Shown in pieces: positions 1 through 12,500 of a stretch of 22,624 bases of DNA (the stretch's first letter is position 1; every line of letters starts with the position of its first letter). The notes under the pieces are model-generated. The model did no database searches. It saw nothing but the letters and a program-made list of their open reading frames with translations, and had not been told where the DNA came from. The translations under genes were made by a program, and so were the position numbers. Source of the DNA: Anaeramoeba ignava BMAN. Its lineage: Eukaryota > Protista > Anaeramoebae. The stretch lies in the NCBI GenBank assembly GCA_028826165.1, contig JAPDFW010000084.1, positions 325,615 through 348,238 of the forward strand, given 5' to 3'.

Positions 1-184
1 ATATTTTGATTAATAATTTAGATTTAGATTTTGATTTAAATTTTAATTTAGATTTTTAAGAAAAAAAATTTTTTTTCTCTTTCACTTTCTCATTTTTTTC
101 TTTTGTGATTTTGTTTTTGTTACTTTGTTTTTGTTATTTTAAAAATCAATTTAATTATTTGATAAAAAAAAAAAACTTTTTTCA

Positions 185-3100
185 ATGTTTGAAAATGCAA
201 TTCAATTTGTAGTTTGGAATTCAGTTCTGCCACCAAAACATGAAATATCTGTAATTTTAGTTTCACAAGAACCAGTTCACATAATAACAGGAACTCAAAC
301 TGGACAAATTTTTTTATGGGAAATCAATGAAAAAAATAATTCAAATAATTCAAATAATTCAAATAATTCAAATAATTCAAATAATTTGGAAATTTTCCCA
401 CGTGCCTTATTATTAGGACATCAAACACAAATAACTGCAATTACTAATACTTTTTTTGATTCACATAAAGCTTTTGCTTCTGGTATTTTTATTTTAATTT
501 TAGATTTGAATTAATAATTAAATTTATAATTAAATTAATAATTTAATTTATAATTAAATTTATAACAAAATTTATAATTAAATTTATAATGAAATTTATA
601 ATTAAATTTGAAATTTATAATGAAATTTATAATTATATTTATAATTAAATTAATAATTAAATTAATAATTAAATTTATAATGAAATTTATAACAAAATTT
701 ATAATTAAATTTATAATGAAATTTATAATTAAATTAATAATGAAATTTATAATGAAATTTAAATTGAAATTTATAATTAAATTTATAATAAAATTTATAT
801 TTAAAATTTATAATTAAATTAATAATTTAAATTTTAATTAAATTTATAATTTTTATAATGAAATTTTAATTTAAATTTTTAAGAAAAATTTTTAATAATT
901 TTTATAATTAAATTCATTTTTCTTTTATAATTAAATTTATTAAATTTTTTAAATTTATAATTAAATTTTAATGAAATTTTGTTATTTTAAAATTAATTTT
1001 TATAATTTTATAAAAAACTTTTTAAATATTTGAAATTTATAATTAAATTTATAATTTATTAAATTTATAATTAAATTTATAAATTAAATTTATAATTAAA
1101 TTTATAATTAAATTAATTAAATTAATAATTAAATTTATAATTAAATTAATAATTAAATTAATAATTAAATTTATAATTAAATTAATAATTAAATTTATAA
1201 TTAAATTATAATTAAATTCAAATGAAATTTCAAATGAAATTTAAATGAAATTTATAATGAAATTTATAATGAAATTTATAATTAAATTAATACAATGAAA
1301 TTTATAATTAAACTCATATAATGAAATTTTTGAAATTTATAATTAAATTTTTATAACAAAATTTTATAATTAAATTTATAACAAAATTTATAATGAAATT
1401 TATAATGAAATTTATAATGAAATTTATAATGAAATTTATAATGAAATTTATAAAATTTATAACTAAATTTATAATGAAATTTATAATTATATTTATAATT
1501 AAATTTATAATGAAATTAATAATTAAATTTATAATTAAATTTATAATGAAATTTATAATGAAATTTATAATTATATTTATAATGAAATTTATAATTAAAT
1601 TTATAATTAAATTTATAATGAAATTTATAATGAAATTTATAATGAAATTTATAATTAAATTTATAATTAAATTTATAATGAAATTTATAATGAAATTTAT
1701 AATTAAATTTATAATAAAATTTATAATGAAATTATAAAGTTTCAATAGATGGATCTTTTTGTATTTGGAAATTAGATGATGGTTATTGTTTACAATCTAA
1801 AATTGAATTATTTCAATGTTCTCCAACTACTATTGTTACACATATTTTTAATAGAAGATGTGTTGTTGCTGCAGGAAATAGTAATTTTATTGAAATTGCA
1901 AATATTGATCTGCTTCAAATTGTCCAAAGAATTAATTTCGATTCTTGGATAGAAAGTTTATCACTTTATGCAATAGAAGGAGGTGATCGTAAATGAATTA
2001 AAATTAAAATTTATAATTAAAATTAAAATTAAAATCAATATTAAAAAATTAAAATTAATATTAAAATAAAGTTACTCCAACTATTTTAACTGCTCTTGGA
2101 ACAGATCAATCATTATCATTCTGGAAACTTCCAAGTAAAAATGAAATGATGCAAAATAAAACAACTTACACAACTCCACAAATACTTCGTCGTGTGATAT
2201 TTCCATATTCAAACCCATCATCAATTTCCTTTTCACCAAATCAATTATTAATTATTTTCTCAACAAAAGAAAGTATTTATATTTATGATAATTCAGGAAT
2301 TAAAAAATTATATGAAATTCCTTCTTGTGATAATCTTACTTGGATTAAAGCACGTTTTATAGATGATAACAACATTATTGCTTGGGATATTTCTGGGAAA
2401 GGAAAAATTTTTAAAATGCCTGAAATAGATTTTACTCAAATTCCTTGTCTTATTGAAAAATTTTTTGGATCAGAATATAAAGTTGTTTTGGTTCAAGATA
2501 ACAAAACTCACAAATTGTCTTTAAGTGAAATATCATTTGAAGAATCAATACTTCAAAATGAAAATATAAAGGATAAGGAAAATGATAATATAACAGTTGA
2601 AAATTCAGATACAAAAGAAAAAAACCCAAAAACAATAAAAAAATTTGGATTTGGATTTGGATTTGGATTTGGATTTGGATGTGAATCAAAACTCAGAAAA
2701 TATTAATTGGAAAGTTGAATTACCAACTCAAGTTCTCGTTTTAAGAGGAAGTCATCATTATAATTCAAAAGAAAATAATCAGAATGAAAGAGAATGTTTC
2801 AACGGTGAAAAATACACCATCTCACAATTTTATTTATCTGAAAAGAGATATATTGCTTGTGGAGACTCACAGGGAAGACTTTGTGTGTGGGATTTAGATT
2901 TAATTAAAAAATCTATATCTCAAAGTAAAAAAGATTTTGTAAAATGTGGATCGATATATTTACAAAAAGAAAATGTTGTTTGTGAACCGACTGTGAGAAG
3001 TTCTCTCAAGCATAATTGGTATATGAAATATCAAAAAAAATGCAATAGACTTTTAAGTTGGAATGAAAATGAAATCCAATTAAAAAATGAAATTCAATTA

Positions 3101-5428
3101 AAAATTCAATTAAAAAATCAAATTCAATTAAAAAATCAAGAAAAGGATAAAGATCCATTTATAACTTGCAGTATTATTGTTGAAGAAGATTTAAATGAAC
3201 TTGTTTTGATACAAGGATTTTCTGATGGAACAATCGAAATCAAAGATATTCCATTTTCATTGGAATGGCCAGTAAAATTTGAATCAGAAAAACAAGATAA
3301 AATCACAGCATTATTTTCGCCACAACTGAAAATCACCAAAACAAACGAAAAAAAAAACTCAATATTGAGACCAATAATAATATCAGGATCAGAAAATGGA
3401 GTGATTTACGTAAGAAATAGAATTACAAGAAAGACCATTGTCGAATATAATCATCATCGAGGTCGAATTAGACATATATTTTCTCCTCCTGAAAAAGTAG
3501 GAGAAATTCTCGATGACTATTTCATTGTTTTTGGGGATGATAAAGTCATTTCGGTTTGCTCACTTTCACATTTTCAAATATTATACCTTTTTGGAGGATT
3601 TTTATCGACGCCCAAGAAAATATTTTGGAGAAATGCAAACGATTTCATCGGCATTGAGTGTGACGATCAGACAATATATGTATGGGATTTATCAACTGGA
3701 AAATTGGATCGGATCTTGCTATCTCAAAATTCAATCAATATTTCAGGAATCACAAACTTCAATCAATATCGGAATATTTTTGAAAAAAAATGGAATCACA
3801 TTTCATCACGAACACAGTTCCAAGATTATCTACTTGGCTGTGCACCGCTTTATCCATTTGCTTTTCGAGAGATTACTCACGTAACTGATATTTATATCGA
3901 TAACCAGGAATCAAACAATATCATTTATGTCAATGTGAATACTCTGTTGAATAATTTAGTTTCGAATTTAAAAGAAAATCCAAGAGAACTCAAGGGTAAA
4001 TTGAGACTAATTACCCATTTTTTCTCGTGGGGACTTGATCGAAAATTTGACGAATATATAGAAAAAATGTTCCATATTTATACTCCAAATCACGAAATGG
4101 CAGTCGGAATCATCGGGAGTTGTCAAAATATTTCGTTGATGATTCCAAGAAAAGTGGACGATCAAATGGCGTCCAAACTCACAATTTCAGAGCAAATCAC
4201 TGCAATATTCTCAATAATCCCGCTTGCACTTGCAATGGCTTTATCGACTCTTGAATCATCGCAAATGCAACAAATCGGATCAGAGATTGCACTTTATTAC
4301 ACAGAAATTTTGCGGAATAAATTAGGGAAAGAATACGTGACTCCTTGTCTCGAATTCTTATGTATTTATTGGTGTGATGATTGTGTTTATATTGAAAACG
4401 CGGCGCGAACTTTGATTCGTTCTGTGATTTCAAGAATGAGTCCAAATCAAAAAAGTTCGCTCATTGAAATTTGGAAAAAAGTTCTTTCTGGCCCACTTTC
4501 TGAAACCCGCAGAGAAACAGGATTTCTTGTGCTTGGAATCATGTGTATTTGCTCTCCAGAATCTGTTTCTTCAACTCTTTTTTCTCAAGTTTGCCAAAAT
4601 TTATTGAACATGATCCGCAAAAAAGGAAGAAAAGCAGCGATTGCAATTGATTTATTAGCTTCTGGATTCAAAAACTTCCAAAAATTCATTGAAAATCAAG
4701 AGGAGCTTATTTGCTATCTATTCAATCTTATTTGCATTTCGGATTCAACTCGTAAAGAGTCTGCAAGAGTTTCCATTTTGTTGGTTGGATTGCATCATCC
4801 GTTGCTAGTTCTTACTTCTTTGGAATCCCAAATACACATGAAAAACACACTCATCACTTCACAAGAAACTGCGAGATTATTGACTGTTTTGATGATCCAA
4901 AAAAATGCAAATTCAATTTATCCTCATTTACTCAAAACAGTGGAAATTCTTGTCAAATCAATGGAAGTCATCAATTCAGATTCAACCTTGTTTGAAATTG
5001 ACAAATCAGCAATCACTCAATTACTGAAAACATTCCCAATGACTGATTTTGACGAGGATCACCAAAGACTTGTTGTCGGTTCAATTGATTCCAAAATGAC
5101 TATTTTTGATTTTAAATTGAATCATGTGTTCGTTCCAAAACAAATCCATAAAAATCCAATTTCCGCTGTTTCTTTTGCAAAAAACGGCAAGCTTTTGGCT
5201 TCGTATTCTCTAGATGATGAAAAAATTGTCATTTGGAGAGTCAGGATTTCTTTGTATAAAATTTTTCATGAACTTGCCAAACAGAAAAAAATTATTCAAG
5301 TTCCTTTTAAACAAAAAGTGAAATTAACAGAACAACTCGATAAAATGAATTTGAAATGGACTTCCGATAATACAATTTCATTAACTATCAAAGATTTTAC
5401 TTTCAATTTTAATATAAAACACAAATGA
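185..5428 (+). CDS. WDR7: WD40-repeat protein, WDR7/WDR72 (rabconnectin-3 beta) family, ~1300 aa; exons 185-482, 1740-1988, 2072-5428 with one apparent +1 frameshift near the A7 run 2637-2643
   Basis: The spliced translation gives VVWNSVLPPKHEIS..IITGTQTGQIFLW..PRALLLGHQTQIT..FASVSIDGSFCIWKLDDGYC, matching the remembered WDR7 N-terminus (VLWG..PTHCIS..IVTGCHDGQICLW..PRALLFGH..SGEMCLWDVSDGRC). PCLEFLCIYWCDDCVYIENAARTLI and the C-terminal RLVVGS..HKNPISAVSFAKNGKLLASYS..IVIW also match WDR7 motifs. Both GT-AG junctions are phase 1 and restore the frame. Confidence 0.88.
335..385 (+). repeat. Coding 9-nt repeat (AATAATTCA)5+ encoding an NNS insertion in a WD40 loop
   Basis: Direct reading. Confidence 0.9.
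483..1739 (+). other. Spliceosomal intron 1 of WDR7-like gene (1257 nt, GTATTT...TAAAG)
   Basis: G482 + TT(1740-41) = GTT (Val) joins FAS-V-SIDGSFCIW, completing a WD40 repeat; the interior is AT tandem repeat. Confidence 0.88.
515..1737 (+). repeat. Degenerate 12-nt minisatellite (ATGAAATTTATA / ATTAAATTTATA)n filling WDR7 intron 1
   Basis: Direct reading; it produces the spurious MKFI/IKFI ORFs in the ORF track. Confidence 0.95.
1989..2071 (+). other. Spliceosomal intron 2 of WDR7-like gene (83 nt, GTAAAT...TAAAG)
   Basis: C1988 + TT(2072-73) = CTT; joins exon 2 in frame to TPTILTALGTDQSLSFWKLP and ORF 2146-2706. Confidence 0.85.
2644..2680 (+). repeat. Coding hexamer (TTGGAT)n, LDLDLD tract
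   Basis: Direct reading; lies next to the apparent frameshift. Confidence 0.85.
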
Positions 5429-5437
5429 ATAAATTTT

Positions 5438-5476
5438 TATTTCATTTTTCATTTTTTCATTTTTTTCATTTTAAAA
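5438..5476 (+). promoter_or_regulatory. Initiator-like (TCATTTTT)n motif plus AAAA-ATG context; the same motif lies upstream of essentially every gene in the window
   Basis: TTCATTTTTCATTTTTTCATTTTTTTCATTTTAAAAATG; equivalents near 90, 7468, 13090-13110(-), 15454-15485(-), 15727, 16436-16450, 17980, 19850-19867 and 22020-22044. Confidence 0.6.
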
Positions 5477-7265
5477 ATGAATGATTGTTTATTTTTTGGA
5501 AGAAATTATTATCCAAAACTTATCAAAAATGAACCAAAAGAAATAAAAAAACCAATTCAATTTAAATTTGAAAATGAAAATGAAAATGAAAATGAAAATG
5601 AAAAACAAATTAAACAAATTTCATCAGGAGATTTTTCAACAATTTTCCTTTTTAAAAATGGAAAAGCAATAGAATATTTAAATGAAAATGATTCAAATCA
5701 AAATCCTGAAAAAATACAAATTGAAAATATTCAAAAAGTAACTGTTGGTGCTTATAATGAAGCTATTTTAACAAAAGAAGGAAGTGTATTTGCCAAAGGA
5801 AAAGATATTAATCCAAAAAATCTAAATCAATTTATCAATATTTCATTATTAATTGAAGATACAAATGATAGAATAATTCAAGATATTGTTTCTGGATACA
5901 ATTCAATTTATTTATTAACTTCAAATCAAAATGCTTATGGAATTGGTTCAAATTATGATGGTCAACTTGGTTTTGATTATGAAATACTTGAAAAAACAGA
6001 AAAACCAATTTTAATGATGAAAAATGTTTCTAAAATATTTTCAGGAAATGATTCAAATCATGTTTTTCTTTTAAATTCAAATCAAGAATTATTTGGATGT
6101 GGATATAATGATTATGACCAACTTGGATTAGGAGAATCAATAATAGAAGAAAAAATCCAAAAATTAACCAAAATCCAAAATATTCCAAAAGGCAAAATAA
6201 TTGATATTCAATGTGGATATTCTCATTCAATAATGTTGATTGAAAATGAAAATGAAAATGAAAATCCAAAAAGAAAACTTTATTCATGCGGAAATTATCT
6301 ATTTAATGGACTTGACAAAGATGAACATACTTATGAATTTACTGAAATCAAATCATCTTTATTTGAAAATGATGATAATATTCTTGATTTTTCTGTTGGC
6401 TGTTTTCATAATTTGATTTTAACTTACAAAAGGAAATTAATAGTATTTGGAGATAATGAATATGGTCAATTAGGAATTGGAGATACAAAAAGATAAATCA
6501 ATTCCAATTCAAATTAAACTTCCTAAATTAAGATTTAATGAAAATATTTCTGATTATCATATTTCTTGTGGAGATTACAAATCATTTATTTACTATTCTC
6601 CTCCTTCTTTTTCCAATCTTGAAGAAGATTTGATAAAACTATTTAAAAGAAAAGAATTTTGCAATATTTCATTTAAAACAGAAAATGGAGAAATAATTGA
6701 AGCTCATAAATTAATATTAAAATATAGATTAAATCAAAATGAAAATCAAAATGAAATTGAAAAACTTCAAGAAATTATTTCAAAAAAATCAATTAAAGAA
6801 TCAAATCAAATATTTGAAATGATTTATTCAAACAATTCCAAAATAAATCCAATATTATATTCTGAAATTAAAGAAATTATAAATTCAAATGAAAAAATTG
6901 AAGAAACAATGAAAAGAATTTATTTAAATGAAAATGAAAATGAAAAAGATTTTATAATTGAAAGAAAAGAAAAACAATATAAATTTCCAAAATTAATATT
7001 AATAATGAGAAGTGAATTATATCGAGGAATGTTTTTATCTGTAACAAATGATACTTCTAATAAAGTTACAGATTATAGTGAATTAAGTAATAAATCATTT
7101 CAAATATTTGAATATTGGATTTATTCAAATCAAATCAAAGATGAAATTCAAATTACACAAGAAATAATTGATGAAATTCAAATTGGAATTGATTATTTTC
7201 AATTAAATCAAACAAATCCAAATTTATTTGATTTATTAATTAACAAATTTAATAATCAAAATTAA
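5477..7265 (+). CDS. RCC1/BLIP-II beta-propeller + tandem BTB/POZ protein, copy 1 (~595 aa; apparent +1 frameshift at A5 run 6487-6491)
   Basis: RCC1 motifs GSNYDGQLG, CGYSHS, FGDNEYGQLG; BTB motifs FCNISFK..EAHKLILKYR and KDFII..KLILIMRSELYRGMF. ORFs 5477-6496 and 6477-7265 join by removing one A, as in the paralogues. Confidence 0.88.
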
Positions 7266-7450
7266 AATTCAAAATTAAAATTAAAATTAAAATTAAAATT
7301 AAAATTCAAAATTAAAATTAAAATTAAAATTAAAATTAAAATTAAAATTAAAATTAAAATTAAAATTAAAATTAAAATTAAAATTAAAATTAAAATTAAA
7401 ATTAAAATTAAAATTAAAATTAAAAATCAAAATTAAATTTAAAATTAAAA
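7266..7450 (+). repeat. (AAAATT)n microsatellite immediately 3' of RCC1-BTB copy 1
   Basis: Direct reading, ~30 units; the stop codon is in register with the array. Confidence 0.95.
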
Positions 7451-7487
7451 TTCCAAAAATTATTTTTTCATTTTTTTCTTTTCAAAA

Positions 7488-9300
7488 ATGAATGAAATTA
7501 TATTTTTTGGTTCAAATCAAAAACCAATTCTTTTCAAAAATAAACCAAATATAATAACAAAACCAATTCAATTTAAATTTGAAAATGAAAATGAAAATGA
7601 AAATGAAAAACAAATTAAAAAAATTTCATCAGAAGAATTTTCAACAATTTTCCTTTTTGAAAATGGAAAAGCAATAGAATATTTAAATGAAAATGATTCA
7701 AATCAAAATCCTGAAAAAATCCAAATTGAAGAAAATATCCAAAAAGTAACTGTTGGTTGTTTTAATGAAGCTATTTTAACAAAAGAAGGAAATGTATTTG
7801 CCAAAGGTTATGATATTAATCCAAAAAATTTAAATGAATTTATCAATATTTCATCATTAATCGGAGATACAAATGATAGAGTAATTCAAGATATTGTTTC
7901 TGGAGGTGAAACAATTTACTTATTAACTTCAAATCAAAATGCTTATGGAATTGGTTCAAATTACTATGGTCAACTTGGTTTTTGGACAATGGAAAAAACA
8001 GAAAAACCAATTTTAATGATGGAAAATGTTTCTAAAATATTTTCAGGAAATTCTTCAATTCATGTTTTTCCTTTTAAATTCAAATCAAGAATTATTTGGA
8101 TGTGGATATAATGAATATGGCCAACTTGGATTAGGAGAATCAAGAAAAGAAGAAGAAAAAATCCAAAAATTAACCAAAATCCAAAATATTCCAAAAGGCA
8201 AAATAATTGATATTAAATGTGGATATTCTCATTCAATAATGTTGATTGAAAATGAAAATGAAAATGAAAATGAAAATGAAAAAAGAAAACTTTATTCATG
8301 TGGATTTTCTGGAAATAATGGACTTGACAAAGATGAAGATGAAGATGAAGATACTTATGAATTTACTGAAATCAAATCATCTTTATTTGAAAATGATGAT
8401 AATATTCTTGAAATTTTTCTGTTGGAAATTATCATACTTTGATTTTAACAAGAAAAGGGAAATTAATTGGATTTGGGAATAATGCTTCAGCCCAATTAGG
8501 AAATGAAGATATAAAAGATCAATTAATCCCTAATTCAAATTGAACTTCCTAAATTAAGATTTAATGAAAATATTTCTAATTATCATATTTCTTGTGGAGA
8601 AAATAATTCATTTTTTTATTATTCTTCTCCTTCTTTTTCCAATCTTGAAGAAGATTTGATAAAATTATTTAAAAGAAAAGAATTTTGTGATATTTCATTT
8701 AAAACAGAAAATGGAGAAATAATTGAAGCTCATAAATTAATATTAAAATATAGATTAAATCAAAATCAAGATCAAAATGAAATTGAAAAACTTCAAGAAA
8801 TTATTTCAAAAAAATCAATTAAAGAATCAAATCAAATATTTGAAATGATTTATTCAAACAGAATAATAAATCCAAAATTATATTCTGAAATTAAAGAAAT
8901 TATAAATTCAAATGAAAAAATTGAAGAAACAATGAAAAGAATTTATTTAAATGAAAATGAAAATGAAAATGAAAATGAAAAAGATTTTATAATTGAAAGA
9001 AAAGAAAAACAATATAAATTTCCTAAATTAATATTAATAATGAGAAGTGAATTATATCGAGGAATGTTTTTATCTGTAACTGAAGATAAATCAAATAAAG
9101 TTACAGATTATAGTGAATTAAGTAATAAATCATTTCAAATATTTGAATATTGGATTTATTCAAATCAAATTAAAGAAGGAATTCAAATTACACAAGAAAT
9201 AATTGATGAAATTCAATTTGGAATTGATTATTTTCAATTAAATCAAACAAATCCAAATTTATTTGATTTATTAATTAACAAATTTAATAATCAAAATTAA
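7488..9300 (+). CDS. RCC1 + tandem BTB protein, copy 2 (~602 aa; three apparent frameshifts at 8070-8071, 8411-8418, 8528-8532; could be a pseudogene)
   Basis: Colinear with copy 1 over its full length when the three indels are corrected; no in-frame nonsense codons seen. Confidence 0.78.
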
Positions 9301-9555
9301 AATTAAAATTAAAATTAAAATCAAAATTAAAAATTAAAATTAAAATTAAAATTAAAATTAAAATTAAAATTAAAATTAAAATCAAAATCAAAAATCAAAA
9401 TTAAAATTAAAACTAAAATCAAAATTTAAATTAAAATTAAAAATTAAAATTAAAATTAAAATTAAAATTAAAATCAAAATTTAAAATTAAAATTAAAATT
9501 AAAATTAAAATTAAAATTAAAATTAAAATCAAAATTAAAATCAAAAATCAAAATT
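9301..9555 (+). repeat. (AAAATT/AAAATC)n microsatellite between convergent RCC1-BTB copy 2 and the ankyrin-BTB gene
   Basis: Direct reading. Confidence 0.95.
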
Positions 9556-9575
9556 TATTCGTTTTCCAGTTGAGT

Positions 9576-12500
9576 TCAAAAATAAAAGAAAAAATTTGAA
9601 TTTGGATTTAATTGATAAAAATCTTTTAAATCAGCAAATTCTTCAATGTTTTGTTTTGTGGTTTTTGTTTCATCAAATTCATCATGATAAAGAAAATGGA
9701 TTAATTGTTGGATTGTTTCAAATGATTTTCCTGAATAATCATGAACTTGATTAGATGAATCATTAACACTTAAAAACATTCCTTTAAATAAATCACTTCT
9801 TATTATTAATATTAACTTATGAACTTTGATTTCTTTTTCATCTTCGCAAATTATTGTGAAATCTTTAGATTCATTTTCTTTATATAATTTCTGAAAATCT
9901 TTCAATATTCCTTTTCTTCCTCTTTTTGATTCAATCCAATTTGAATCTAATCCAATTTCTTTGAGAAAATTTTTCAATAGATGATATTTTTTGTTGGCAT
10001 CTTCTTGTAATTCTGAGCGTACTGCCAAAAAAGAGTTTTTTCGATGTTCCAAATCCAAGTTCATTAATTTTTCTCTTTCCAATTCTTTATCAGGATATTG
10101 ATTTGTTTTTGTGTTAAAAAATAAAAAGCTTTTTTCATCAATTTTTGAAAAATGAGGAAATCCTGTGTAAATGAATTCAAAAACAACTTGGACAATTTCT
10201 TTTGGAGATTGATAACATTTCTCAATGAATTTTTGTAAGAGAGTTGAATCACCATTTAGTCTTGTAAGAAGGATTAATTTGTGAACATTAAATTTACTCC
10301 CATCATTGCATTCAATTTGGAAATCTGCGAAATCATTTGACTTGAAGAGGTTATACAGATCTTGATTTATGGAATGGGTTTTTAGAAATAAATCAAATAG
10401 AGATAGATCCAATTCAAAGAGATTTTCTTCGAAAATTTTTGCATCATTCAAAATAAACAAATTAATTGCCTTTGTATTTTGCTTCCTATTTAACAACCAA
10501 AGCAAAGAGTTGTTTCTGGAAGTTTTTTGATTGATATCTGCGTTATTTTCAACAAGAATTTTTATCACATCATTCAAGTTATTCTCAATAGCAATTTCTA
10601 ATAATGTTTTCTTTTCGGAATTTCTAACATTCAAATCTGCTTTGCTTTTAATTAGGGATTTCATAATTTCTGGTGTTCTTTCATTGTAGTCTTTCAAGGC
10701 ACAAAATAATGGGGTTTCATTGTTATCTCTTTTGCAATTTAGATCAGCTCCTTTTTGGGTTAACAATTCAATAGTTTCCACTGAATGTTTAAAAAGGCAA
10801 GCATAGTGCAATGGAGTTACATTTTCAGTATTTTTTGCATTCACATCTGCTCCTTTTTCGATTAATAACTTGATTATTTGAGACAAATTTTCATTTTGTT
10901 GGTATTGACAAATTGCAAAATGTAAAGGAACTTCAAGGAAAATTGTTTTGGAATTAATATCAATTCCATTTTCAATCAAATATTTGATAATTTGGAGTGA
11001 ATTTTCATTTTGTTGGTATTGACAAGCTAAATGTAAAGCATTTTGTCTTGATTCTGTTTGAGCATTAATATCAATTCCATTTTCAATCAAATATTTGATA
11101 ACTTGAATACAATTTTCATTTTGTTGGTATTGACAAGCTAAATGTAAAGCATTTTGTTGTGATTTTGTTTGAGCATTAATATCAATTCCTTTTTCAACCA
11201 AATATTTGATAATTTGAATACAATTTTCGTTTTGTTGGTATTGGCAAGCTAAATGTAAAGCTGTTTCTTTTTGGTTTGTTTTCCAATTAATATCAATTCC
11301 TTTTTCAATTAAATACTTGATAATTTGGAGACAATTTTCATTTTGTTGGTATTGACAAGCTAAATGTAAAGCTGTTTCGCTTTGTTTTGTTTTCCAATTA
11401 ATCTTGATTCCTTTTTCAATTAAATACTTGATAATTTGGAGTGAATTTTCATTTTGTTGGTATTGGCAAGTTAAATGAAGAGGAGTTTGATTTTGATATG
11501 TTTTAGAATTAATATCAATTCCAATTTCAATCAGATATTTGATAATCTCAAATAATTTCTCATTTCTTTGATATTGACAAACTAAATGTAAAGCAGTTTC
11601 ATCATGAATATTTTTTGAATTAATATCAATTCCGTTTTCAACCAAATATTTGATAATTTGAAGTAAATTTTCATTTTGTTGGTATTGGCAGACAAAATGC
11701 AAAATTGATTCGTTTCTATTTTTTGTTTTAGAATTAATATCAATTCCTTTTTCAATGAAATATTTGATAATTTGGAGTATATTTTCATTTTGTTGGTATT
11801 GACAAGCTAAATGAAGAGGAGTTTCATCTTGGTCTGTTTGAGAATTAATATCGGTTCCATTTTCAACCAAATATTTGATAATTTGAATTAAATTTTCATT
11901 TTGTTGGTATTTCAAAGAAAAAAACAAGGCAGTTTGATTTACATTTGTTTGAACATTAAGGATCAATTCCTTTTTCAACTAAATACTTTATAATTTGGAG
12001 ACAATTTTCACTTTGTTGGTATTGACAAGCTAAATGTAAAGCGTTTTGTCTTGATTCTGTTTGAGCATTAATATCAATTCCTTTTTCAACCAAATATTTG
12101 ATAATTTTAAATGAATTTTCATTTTGCTGATGTTGACAAACTAAATGAAGAGGAGTTTGTTGTGATTTTGTTTTGTAACTAATATCGGTTCCACTTTCAA
12201 TTAATAATTTGATAATATCAAATAATTTCTCATTTTGTCTTTGACATAATAAAATTAGGGCAGTTTCTCCTAAATATCTTATTTTAGTATTAACATCAGC
12301 ACCTTTTCCAATAAGATATTTGATCATCTCAAATAATTGCGGGATTTCATATTGGCAAATGATCAAGAAAGGGGTTTGGTTTTGGTAGTCTGGCATGCAA
12401 TTAAGATCAGCTCCATTTTCAACCAATAATTTGATAATATCAAATAAATTCTCAATTTTATTGGAAGCTTTACAAAGAAAATGCAAAGGTAGTTCTTGAT

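Noticed and set aside
483-503. 21-nt mini-intron GTATTTTT...TTTAG
   Set aside because: Would lead to a stop three codons later; the acceptor at 1739 restores the WDR7 motif.
608-1745. ORFs 608-817, 1314-1745(-) and 1393-1737 (MKFI/INFI repeats)
   Set aside because: Translations of the 12-nt intronic minisatellite; the region is spliced out of the WDR7 gene.
7259-7450. TAA reassigned to Gln (which would make AAT TAA arrays read NQNQ, as in ciliate or hexamitid codes)
   Set aside because: Long AT-rich ORFs contain no in-frame TAA/TAG, Gln is CAA throughout, and TAA ends the LIM gene and follows the CaaX box.
10870-12200. CRISPR-like array (constant repeats with variable spacers)
   Set aside because: In-frame 111-nt ankyrin coding repeats in a eukaryotic gene; no cas genes.
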